A stretch of DNA of 64,000 nucleotides. Source: Candidatus Omnitrophota bacterium. GTDB taxonomy: Bacteria; Omnitrophota; Gorgyraeia; Gygaellales; Profunditerraquicolaceae. The translations under genes and the position numbers were made by a program. The notes beneath the pieces are model-generated. The model saw only the letters and a program-made list of their open reading frames with translations, had not been told where the DNA came from and did not search any database. How positions within the stretch are numbered: position 1 is the first letter of the stretch; each line of letters opens with the position of its first letter. Of this stretch, positions 8,157 through 17,198 are shown in pieces. The DNA lies in contig JAHJJA010000047.1 in NCBI GenBank assembly GCA_018822885.1, positions 5,384-69,383 of the forward strand, given 5' to 3'.

Positions 8157-9099
8157 TCTGATAGTAAGTTCTTCGCCTCATATAGCTTCTCATGACGCAA
8201 CGCCAAAGATCATGTGGTCTGTGTTCTTTGCGCTACTTCTTTCAGGGGCCGCAGGGGTGTTTATTTTTGGCATGCGGGCGCTTATGGTGATATTGGTCTC
8301 AATCGCCTCATGTGTTGCGACGGAATACTTGATCCAGAAGTTGCGCCGTAAAAAGATCACTATTAGCGACGGTTCAGCCGCTCTTACCGGGCTTTTGCTT
8401 GCCTATAATCTTTCTTCGACTGTGCCGCTTTGGATGCCGCTTGTTGGAGGATTTTTTGCCATAGCTATCTGTAAGCAGGCCTTTGGCGGGTTGGGAAGGA
8501 ATATATTCAATCCTGCTTTGGCTGCGCGGGCGTTTTTGCTTGCCTCATGGCCAAAACATATGACTGATTTCGCAAGGCCATTTACTTTAGATGCTATTAG
8601 CAGCGCAACGCCCCTTGCCTGTTTTAAACTCGGTAAAGTAAGCGGGATGGATGAGCTGGGGCTGTCTTACTGGGATATGTTTCTTGGTAAGAGAGGGGGA
8701 TGTTTGGGCGAGGTTTGCATAGTGGCTTTGTTGATCGCAGCCGTTTATTTATTATGGAAGAAATATATCTGGTGGCAGACGCCTTTGGGTTTTATACTTA
8801 CCGTCGGAGGCCTGAGTTGGGTCTTCGGGCAACAGGGTTTCTTAAAAGGCGATTTTCTTTTTAGTATACTTTCCGGAGGATTGATCCTGGGCGCATTTTT
8901 CATGGCTACGGATTATGTGACCTCGCCGTTGACAAAGCAAGGGCAGTTGGTATTTGGCGTGGGTTGCGGCCTGATTACATTTGTGATCCGCCGCTTTGGC
9001 GGCTATCCGGAAGGGGTCTCATATTCGATCCTGATAATGAATGCTGTTGTTCCTTTGATCGACAGGTATGTGCGCCCGAGAGTCTACGGAGTAAAATGA
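8146..9099 (+). CDS. rnfD: Rnf complex subunit D
   Basis: SSSPH, KQAFGGLGRNIFNPA, SSATPL, FMATDYVTSP. Confidence 0.95.
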   Translation: MQNNLIVSSSPHIASHDATPKIMWSVFFALLLSGAAGVFIFGMRALMVILVSIASCVATEYLIQKLRRKKITISDGSAALTGLLLAYNLSSTVPLWMPLVGGFFAIAICKQAFGGLGRNIFNPALAARAFLLASWPKHMTDFARPFTLDAISSATPLACFKLGKVSGMDELGLSYWDMFLGKRGGCLGEVCIVALLIAAVYLLWKKYIWWQTPLGFILTVGGLSWVFGQQGFLKGDFLFSILSGGLILGAFFMATDYVTSPLTKQGQLVFGVGCGLITFVIRRFGGYPEGVSYSILIMNAVVPLIDRYVRPRVYGVK

Positions 9100-9722
9100 A
9101 GACGCTGATAAAAGAATTTACTAAAGGCATCACTATCGAGAACCCTACCTTTGGGTTAATATTAGGATTGTGCCCTACGCTTGCGGTTTCTACATCTCTG
9201 ATCAATGCTCTAGGCATGGGGGTGGCAGCTACATTTGTGCTGGTCGGTTCAAATACAATTATTTCTTTGGTGAGGCGTCTTATTCCGGGCCGCATCCGCC
9301 TTCCGGCTTTTATTGTCATAATCGCTACTTTTGTTACCATCTGTGAATTGGCTATGAAGGCTTATTTGCCGGCGCTGGATTCGGCTTTGGGGATATTCGT
9401 TCCCCTGATCGTGGTCAACTGTATAATCCTGGCCCGGGCAGAGGCATTTGCCTCTAAGAATAAAGTCTTACCATCTATCCTCGATGGGTTAGGTATGGGG
9501 GTTGGTTTTACAATCGGTTTAAGTGTAATCGCTTTGATCCGAGAGATCTTAGGGGCTGGCAGTATTGCCGGTATAAAGATACTGCCTGGTTTTGAGCCGG
9601 TGGCCATGATGATCCTTGCTCCTGGAGCATTATTAACTCTGGGTTTATTGATCGGGCTTACTAATTTATTAAGGAATTTACGCGGTAAGCCCAATCTTAG
9701 CAGAAAAGGAGGCTGTTGTTAA
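9096..9722 (+). CDS. rnfE: Rnf complex subunit E
   Basis: LGLCPTLAVS, PLIVVNCIILARAE; start moved to ATG 9096. Confidence 0.93.
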   Translation: MKTLIKEFTKGITIENPTFGLILGLCPTLAVSTSLINALGMGVAATFVLVGSNTIISLVRRLIPGRIRLPAFIVIIATFVTICELAMKAYLPALDSALGIFVPLIVVNCIILARAEAFASKNKVLPSILDGLGMGVGFTIGLSVIALIREILGAGSIAGIKILPGFEPVAMMILAPGALLTLGLLIGLTNLLRNLRGKPNLSRKGGCC

Positions 9723-10330
9723 TGGACCTAGGTAAGATTATTGCTATCGCAATAAGCATGATCTTTGTCAATAACTTCATCCTTTCTAAATTTCTCGGGC
9801 TCTGCCCATTCTTAGGGGTTTCAAAGGAAAGTAAGCCAGCGCTTTCAATGGGCGCGGCTGTTATTTTTGTCATGACTTGTTCCTCGATAATGACCTGGCT
9901 GATCTATAATTATCTGCTTCTGCCGTTTAATATAGGATATTTAAGAACAATAACTTTTATCCTTGTAATAGCGGCCTTTGTGCAGTTTATAGAGATGGTC
10001 ATACGCAAATATTCCAATGTTTTATACAGGAGCCTTGGTATTTACCTTCCCCTGATTACCACTAATTGCGCTGTGCTGGGAGTCACCATACTCAATATCA
10101 ATAATTTCTATTCAGGCGGCAAGGCTGTCAAGGCGAGTTTTATTTATTCCACATTCCAGGCATTTTTCGCGGGTGTCGGTTTTCTTGTCGCGCTTATACT
10201 TATGTCAGGTATAAGAGAGCGCCTTGAATTGTCGGATGTGCCTGAAAGCCTTAAAGGAATACCGATAGCTTTTATCGTAGCATCTCTGATGAGTTTGGCG
10301 TTTATGGGATTTAGCGGATTCTCCCGCTAA
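9722..10330 (+). CDS. rnfA: Rnf complex subunit A
   Basis: KFLGLCPFLGVS, LGIYLPLITTNCAVLG. Confidence 0.95.
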   Translation: MDLGKIIAIAISMIFVNNFILSKFLGLCPFLGVSKESKPALSMGAAVIFVMTCSSIMTWLIYNYLLLPFNIGYLRTITFILVIAAFVQFIEMVIRKYSNVLYRSLGIYLPLITTNCAVLGVTILNINNFYSGGKAVKASFIYSTFQAFFAGVGFLVALILMSGIRERLELSDVPESLKGIPIAFIVASLMSLAFMGFSGFSR

Positions 10331-10357
10331 TCTAATTAATTAGCTTAGCGGGAGAAT
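10318..10357. repeat. Palindromic element overlapping the rnfA stop codon
   Basis: ATTCTCCCGCTAA...TTAGCGGGAGAAT 13-bp perfect stem with TCCCGC/GCGGGA core. Confidence 0.7.
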
Positions 10358-10364
10358 TTTAAGT

Positions 10365-11156
10365 ATGAACATCTTAATACCGATATTGACTTTGGGTGTT
10401 TTGGGCCTGCTGTTTGGGGTCGGTCTGGCTTTGGCAGCGAAAAAATTCTGCGTTGAGACAGACCCTCGCCTGGATAAAGTCTATGCTAAGCTTCCCGGGG
10501 CTAATTGCGGCGCCTGCGGAATGCCGGGGTGTATGGGTTTTGCCGAAGGCTTGATCCAGGGCTCTTGTTCAGTCGAACACTGCGTTGTATGCAGCGAGGA
10601 GGCCCGGGAGGCGATCGCGAAGATCCTTGGCGCAGGGGCCAAAGCGAATGTAAAAAAAATAGCCGTTCTTTACTGTTACGGTGGCAATAAGAGAGTGAAG
10701 GATAAATTTGTTTACTCTGGAATCAAAAACTGCGCCGCCGCAAATATTATTATGGGGGGCCAGAAGGCATGTTTTTATGGTTGTATTGGTTTGGGCGATT
10801 GCGTCAAGGTTTGTCCTTTTGGGGCGATTACAATGTCAGAAGAGGACTTACCGATCGTAGATGAAGCTAAATGCAAAGCTTGCAATAAATGCGTTTTGAC
10901 TTGCCCAAAGAAATTATTCAGCCTCGTCCCGGTGACTGGTAAGGTTTTTGTCGCCTGCAGCTCGCATGATCCGGGCAAGGATACTAAGGCGGCCTGTTCT
11001 GTAGGATGTATTGCTTGCGGTTTGTGTGTCAAGGCCTGCAAATTTGACGCCATAAAAGTGGTTGATAATTTAGCAGTAATAGATTACCATAAATGTACGT
11101 CATGCGGGGAGTGCGTAAAGGCTTGCCCCATGAAGACAATACGTGTCAGGGCGTAG
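10365..11156 (+). CDS. rnfB: Rnf complex subunit B
   Basis: LPGANCGACGMPGC and several ferredoxin-type CxxCxxCxxxC motifs. Confidence 0.95.
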   Translation: MNILIPILTLGVLGLLFGVGLALAAKKFCVETDPRLDKVYAKLPGANCGACGMPGCMGFAEGLIQGSCSVEHCVVCSEEAREAIAKILGAGAKANVKKIAVLYCYGGNKRVKDKFVYSGIKNCAAANIIMGGQKACFYGCIGLGDCVKVCPFGAITMSEEDLPIVDEAKCKACNKCVLTCPKKLFSLVPVTGKVFVACSSHDPGKDTKAACSVGCIACGLCVKACKFDAIKVVDNLAVIDYHKCTSCGECVKACPMKTIRVRA

Positions 11157-11189
11157 TTAGCAGGGAGGCGCCCTAAGAGTGGGATAGGC

Positions 11190-11813
11190 ATGGAAAGGAA
11201 GGTCGGGGTGAATATAGCGGTAATGGCTTCAGGCCGCGGCACGAATTTCGCGGCGATTATCAGGGCGGTAAAACAAGGTAAGATCAAAGCTAATTTAGCT
11301 TTGTTAGTTTCTGATCAGCCCGGAGCAGGCGCGATCGCCAAGGCAAAGCGCGCAAATGTTAAAGTCGCGCTGGTAAAAAGAGGTGATTTCGCCGGGAAAA
11401 AAGAGTTTGAAGCCAGGATCATTCAACATTTAGAAGAAAATAAAATCGGTTTGATCGTGATGGCGGGGTTTATGCGCATGCTTAGCCCGGGATTTGTCAG
11501 GCGTTTTAAAAATAAGATCCTCAATATCCATCCGGCGCTACTTCCTTCCTTTAAAGGCGCGCACGCGATAAAGGACGCCTTTGAGTACGGCGTAAAGGCC
11601 ACAGGAGTGACTGTGCATTTTGTCGATGAAGAGATGGATCACGGCCCAATAATCTTACAGTGCCCGCTTGAAATAAAAGAGGATGATTCTTTAGAATCCT
11701 TAGAGGCAAAGATCCATAAGATCGAGCACAGGCTTTATCCGCAAGCTATCCGATTGTTTGTCGAAGGAAGGTTAAAGATATTTAAAAGGAAAGTCAAGAT
11801 CGCTAGTCGCTAG
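11190..11813 (+). CDS. purN: Phosphoribosylglycinamide formyltransferase
   Basis: ASGRGTNF, LNIHPALLP, GVTVHFVDEEMDHGPII. Confidence 0.95.
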   Translation: MERKVGVNIAVMASGRGTNFAAIIRAVKQGKIKANLALLVSDQPGAGAIAKAKRANVKVALVKRGDFAGKKEFEARIIQHLEENKIGLIVMAGFMRMLSPGFVRRFKNKILNIHPALLPSFKGAHAIKDAFEYGVKATGVTVHFVDEEMDHGPIILQCPLEIKEDDSLESLEAKIHKIEHRLYPQAIRLFVEGRLKIFKRKVKIASR

Positions 11814-12687
11814 ATTTCTCCCAGACTGCCGCGTTGTTTAAGATAAGTGTATTTTTGGTAAGCAGGTTCCTGAATTCAAATTCCCTAAAATCTTTAAAAC
11901 CGTAAGCCCTTATTGTAGAAGAAGCGATATTCAGTATTTCTTTATCCGTTTCCGCGTTATAATCCACTTCTGGTTTCTGAAATTTTAATTTTATCCGGTA
12001 TTCAATCTGACGCGCGATGAATTCCGGCATAGTTATTTCTTTGTAGTCGATCTTGTCGCCCGTAGTATTATCGATAAAATCAGGAGATATTTCTGTCTCT
12101 TGGATAATCCTGTGTTGATATTCGGTCACAGACATAAGAGAGTAGGAAACTTTTTTTAGGTCCTGATAATAGGTCAGTTCTTTTATGGCGAAGCCGTATT
12201 TTATATCAGCGATGATCATACATATGAACTCCGGCTCTGATCCGGGGTTTTTTTGCATACTAAAGAGCACCCGGCGAATGACATTGCGCACCTGATACAT
12301 CTTTTCGGCAGCCTTTTTATCCAGGGTTACATCCTGGGATTGCTCTTTTTCCGGGACCTTTTTGATCAGGTATTCGATAGAAATCTGATAGCCTTTAGGC
12401 GTGGATTTGTTTTCTAAGATCTGAAACTTCTCCGTGAATTTTTCCGGTTTTTCAGCCTTGGTTACGATATTCTCAAGCGGCACGTATACCCACAGAGTGT
12501 TGCCTGTAAGGCGGCAGATCGCGTCGATATTATATTCGTTTTTGCAGATATTTTTTACTGAGAAAGCAATGGAAGTCTTCTGGAAGGATGGGGAAGTAGA
12601 AGATGTGCACCCGCTTAGGATGGCAATGATGAGTAAATTAAGGCTTGCTCTTGCCGAATTCCTTAAAGATAGCCTCAATTTCATCAT
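11803..12687 (-). CDS. Hypothetical lipoprotein
   Basis: Signal peptide with lipobox LSGC; no recognisable domain; overlaps the ftsH-like gene end. Confidence 0.65.
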   Translation of the reverse strand: MMKLRLSLRNSARASLNLLIIAILSGCTSSTSPSFQKTSIAFSVKNICKNEYNIDAICRLTGNTLWVYVPLENIVTKAEKPEKFTEKFQILENKSTPKGYQISIEYLIKKVPEKEQSQDVTLDKKAAEKMYQVRNVIRRVLFSMQKNPGSEPEFICMIIADIKYGFAIKELTYYQDLKKVSYSLMSVTEYQHRIIQETEISPDFIDNTTGDKIDYKEITMPEFIARQIEYRIKLKFQKPEVDYNAETDKEILNIASSTIRAYGFKDFREFEFRNLLTKNTLILNNAAVWEKSSD

Positions 12688-14314
12688 AGTTTAGCTCTTC
12701 TTTCAATACGAGTTCATTGGCTAATTTGTCCATCAACGGTATATCTTTTTTTAATAGTTCCGTAACTTCGTCAAGGCAGGTCTTCATTATGTGCTGGACG
12801 TCATTATCAAGGCGCATTTTTGTCTCTTCGGAAATAAGGACATTGCCTCCGAATCGTTTGTAGAAATCTAAAGCGTGAAAATCACCGATTAATCCGGATT
12901 TGCCCATTCCTATGCGCCAAACCATATTGTGAGCCGTATAGAGGGCGTTTGCAAAATCTCCTCCTACGCCGGAAGTGGTGTAGCCGAATTTGATCTTCTC
13001 GGCCGCGTAAGAACCAAGGCTTATTTTAATATCGGTAAGCAACTGGTTTTGATTTTCAATGAAAACCTCCTCTTTTTCCGGCACCCAGGTGACTCCTCCG
13101 GTTTGGCCGCGCGGAGTGATCGTGATTTTAAAAACATCTTTACTTGGGGCTAATAGATATGTGATGATTGCATGCCCCGCTTCGTGATAAGCGATCTGTT
13201 GTTTTTCTTTTTCACTCAATTTTATTCTGCGTTTTATCCCGAGAGCGATTCTTTCGCGCGCGTCATCGATCTCTTTCATGGTCATAAAAGTTTTTCCGTT
13301 ACGCACAGAAATGAGGGCAGCTTCTCTTACAATATTAGAAATATCAGCCGGGCTGTTTCCTACGGTGATCCTTGCCAGGCGGTCTAATTTGACGCTCTCG
13401 GCGTCATATTGTACTTTTCTAAGATAGTAGGCAAACAGCCTCTCGCGTTCTTCCAGGTTTGGTTTATCAACGTAAATCTTGCGATCGAATCTTCCGGGGC
13501 GCAGAAGCGCAGAGTCAAGATAGCTTTCTGCCATGTTTGTAGCCCCGATTATGATAATGTTCAGCTCCTTTTCTTTAAGGCCGTCCATTTCAACAAGCAG
13601 CTGGTTTAAGGTAGTATTTGTTTCTGTTTGCCCGCCGAATCCCACATTAGTACTTCTCTGCGCGCCGACGGCATCGATTTCATCGATAAAGATGATGCAG
13701 CCGCCTTTTAGCTCAGCAAGGTTTCCGGCTCTCTTAAAAAGGCTGCGGATACGCCCGGCTCCTACACCCACGAACATCTCTACAAATTCAGAACCTGACA
13801 TTGAAATAAACGGCAGGCCTGCTTCAGTAGCAATGGCTTTTGCCAGGTAAGTCTTTCCGCATCCCGGGGGACCAAGCATCAATATGCCTCTTAGGATCTT
13901 TCCTCCGATTTTCTGTAGTTCTGCGCGGTCTTTGACCAGGCTTACAACCTCCAGAGCTTCCTGCTTTGCCTCATCCATGCCGATGACATCATTCCATTTA
14001 ATGCCTAATTCTTCCCCGGAAACAGATTTTTTGCTGACTTGGGTAAATGACTGGCCACCTCTTTTGTAGAACATCCAGTACATCATAAAGGTGTAAACTG
14101 CTCCCTGGATGAGCCCGACGATGATCCAGATGAATATTTGCAGGGGGTAGGTGGCTAGCTGTGATTGGCGAAGGTAGGATTCCGATTCGTTCCAGGCGCG
14201 GATGCCGTTTATGATGATGAAAATAAGGCCGATAAAAAGCCCTGAACCAAGGGTGATCAGGATTATGCGGATCCAGTATAGCCGCCAGTAGAACTTGAGA
14301 GTCTTCCAATTCAT
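12638..14314 (-). CDS. ftsH: FtsH-like AAA+ zinc metalloprotease
   Basis: Two N-terminal TMs, Walker A GPPGCGKT, FIDEIDAVG, SRH ALLRPGRFDR, HEAGH; start moved to MNWK. Confidence 0.88.
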   Translation of the reverse strand: MNWKTLKFYWRLYWIRIILITLGSGLFIGLIFIIINGIRAWNESESYLRQSQLATYPLQIFIWIIVGLIQGAVYTFMMYWMFYKRGGQSFTQVSKKSVSGEELGIKWNDVIGMDEAKQEALEVVSLVKDRAELQKIGGKILRGILMLGPPGCGKTYLAKAIATEAGLPFISMSGSEFVEMFVGVGAGRIRSLFKRAGNLAELKGGCIIFIDEIDAVGAQRSTNVGFGGQTETNTTLNQLLVEMDGLKEKELNIIIIGATNMAESYLDSALLRPGRFDRKIYVDKPNLEERERLFAYYLRKVQYDAESVKLDRLARITVGNSPADISNIVREAALISVRNGKTFMTMKEIDDARERIALGIKRRIKLSEKEKQQIAYHEAGHAIITYLLAPSKDVFKITITPRGQTGGVTWVPEKEEVFIENQNQLLTDIKISLGSYAAEKIKFGYTTSGVGGDFANALYTAHNMVWRIGMGKSGLIGDFHALDFYKRFGGNVLISEETKMRLDNDVQHIMKTCLDEVTELLKKDIPLMDKLANELVLKEELNYDEIEAIFKEFGKSKP

Positions 14315-14378
14315 ACTTAAGAAAATATCACAACCTCCCCGATTAGTCAAACCTTATTTGCTTTCATGCTTTTGTTTC

Positions 14379-14563
14379 ATTTGTTTTAGGTTTTCGCTTC
14401 CGGCACAAAATTTTTTGCCGTCTGCTTCGGTTTACGCACTCGCTCTCGGATAGCCTCTCCCAACATTGGGGACCTTCGCTCGCCGTAATCCCTCGCAGAC
14501 CTGTTCCTAATAAGACGATGGCAAAAAATTCAATGTGCCGTCAGCAAAAGCGCTAAAACAAAT
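14379..14563. repeat. ~185-nt nested imperfect inverted repeat (MITE-like or structured RNA)
   Basis: Nested arms ATTTGTTTTAG/CTAAAACAAAT, GGCACA/TGTGCC, AATTTTTTGCC/GGCAAAAAATT, GTCTGC/GCAGAC, TTACG/CGTAA. Confidence 0.75.
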
Positions 14564-14625
14564 CAAAAGAATATACCCAAAAGGCATTTCTAAGAAATAT
14601 ATTGCGACAAATAAGGTTGTTTTTC

Positions 14626-14653
14626 TTGACTAAATTTTTTTGGCGTGTATAAT
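14626..14653 (+). promoter_or_regulatory. sigma70-type promoter of eno
   Basis: TTGACT-N16-TATAAT. Confidence 0.6.
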
Positions 14654-14703
14654 TGTATCCTATTGTTTAACTACAAATTTAAGCCCCCAATTCTATCGGA
14701 TGA

Positions 14704-15999
<1,296 letters not shown>

Positions 16000-16002
16000 T
16001 GA

Positions 16003-16290
16003 ATGCTATCGATACTAAGAAAAGCATTTTGGCTCTTTGGGATTACCGTACTTCTTCTGATCCTCTTTTTGCCGGGTTATACTAAGCTTCAGGAATTAAG
16101 AGACCGTAACCAAGATTTACAAGGAAGGATCAAGAACCTGCACGTGGAGAATGCCTTGCTGCAGGAGGAGCTCAACCGCATCCAGAATGATCCTGTTTAT
16201 CTGGAGAAACTGGCCCGTGAGAAGATGGGCGTAGTGCGCAAGGGCGAGATCCCGATAAAGATGATACCGGAAAAAAAGAAGAAGAGATAG
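16003..16290 (+). CDS. ftsB: Septum formation initiator (FtsB/DivIC)
   Basis: TM plus coiled coil, LEKLAREKMGVVRKGE; conserved position after eno. Confidence 0.85.
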   Translation: MLSILRKAFWLFGITVLLLILFLPGYTKLQELRDRNQDLQGRIKNLHVENALLQEELNRIQNDPVYLEKLAREKMGVVRKGEIPIKMIPEKKKKR

Positions 16291-16400
16291 TTGAAACCAA
16301 TTGTTCTTTATCAAAATTAGGGTATAATCAGCAATAGCGAATGAAATTTTAGAGGCGAAGCCAAGGGACTGTTATAAGATTTCGCTAAGGAAAATAAATT

Positions 16401-16735
16401 CGCGGGGTGGAGCAGCCTGGTAGCTCGCAAGGCTCAATGTCTCGCCTATACATGTATGGGCGTACGATGGGCTATTCAGCCGGTAACGGCTGAAGGATAG
16501 TCGGTCAAATTCGGTGAAGCCCGAAAGGGTAATACCGAGCCAAGCCTGCGCAGTTTTGCTTTGCAAAACGAAGCAGCACAGGAAGGTGTAGAGACTAAAC
16601 GGCCGAGACCCTTCTTAAGGAAGGGCCAAGATATAGTCCAGACTACGAATTTGCCAGAGTAGCGGCAAAGCGGCGAAAGCCGAAGTAGTATGCATAACCT
16701 TGAGGTCATGCGTTCAAATCGCATCCCCGCAACCA
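16401..16735 (+). tRNA. Initiator tRNA-fMet (CAT), intron-containing; exons 16401-16434 and 16693-16735
   Basis: Joined exons give CGCGGGG...CAAGG-CT|CATAA-CCTTG...ATGCG-TTCAAAT-CGCAT-CCCCGCA-ACCA with a C1:A72 mismatch. Confidence 0.92.
16435..16692 (+). ncRNA. Group I self-splicing intron (258 nt, no ORF) between U33 and C34
   Basis: Core motifs P AAATTCGGTGAA (16507), Q AATACCGAGC (16531), R GTAGAGACTA (16588), S AAGATATAGTCC (16628); terminal G; candidate IGS ATGGGCT at 16467-16473. Confidence 0.92.
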
Positions 16736-16777
16736 ATTTAGACTCCATTAAAGATAATCAAAGCATGGAGGGGACAC

Positions 16778-17137
16778 ATGAAAATATTACTATCGCTTTT
16801 TGTTTTTTTGTTTTTGGCCGGATGCGCCACAGCTCCCAAAGAAGATAAGGGGTGCGGGGGTGTTGAGGTTAAGAAAGTCCAGGTCCAAGAGAAACGTGTA
16901 ATCGTTATTTCAGAGCAGGATAAAACAGGGCTTAGGGATTCTATTGCGGTATTTACCGAGCAAATAGAAAAAAAGCCTTTGAGCCCCGAAGCTTATTATA
17001 ACCGCGCAAAGGCGTATTTTTTCCTGAAGGAATACGATAAGAGTTGGCAGGATATTGAAAAGTCCAAGTCTTTGGGTTATGTTGTAGAGCCGGGTTTTCT
17101 TGTAAAACTGCAAGAGGCGTCGGGAACCAAGCAGTAA
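16778..17137 (+). CDS. Small TPR-containing lipoprotein
   Basis: Lipobox LAGC; TPR-like EAYYNRAKAYFFLKEYDKSWQD. Confidence 0.75.
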   Translation: MKILLSLFVFLFLAGCATAPKEDKGCGGVEVKKVQVQEKRVIVISEQDKTGLRDSIAVFTEQIEKKPLSPEAYYNRAKAYFFLKEYDKSWQDIEKSKSLGYVVEPGFLVKLQEASGTKQ

Positions 17138-17160
17138 TAATCAAGCCAAATGATTTTATG

Positions 17161-17190
17161 ATCCCGCCAATTCTCTTGGCGGGATTTTTT
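17161..17190 (+). terminator. Intrinsic terminator (TCCCGC/GCGGGA-type hairpin)
   Basis: ATCCCGCCAA-TTCTC-TTGGCGGGAT-TTTTT. Confidence 0.7.
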
Positions 17191-17198
17191 CTATCCAT

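Noticed and set aside
16422-16705. Initiator tRNA with only two G-C pairs at the base of the anticodon stem
   Set aside because: The CAAGG/CCTTG variant is known from other initiator tRNAs such as plastid trnfM, so it is not novel.
16372-16748. Minus-strand ORFs 16372-16566 and 16476-16748
   Set aside because: They are antisense shadows of tRNA-fMet and its intron, with no homing endonuclease motifs.
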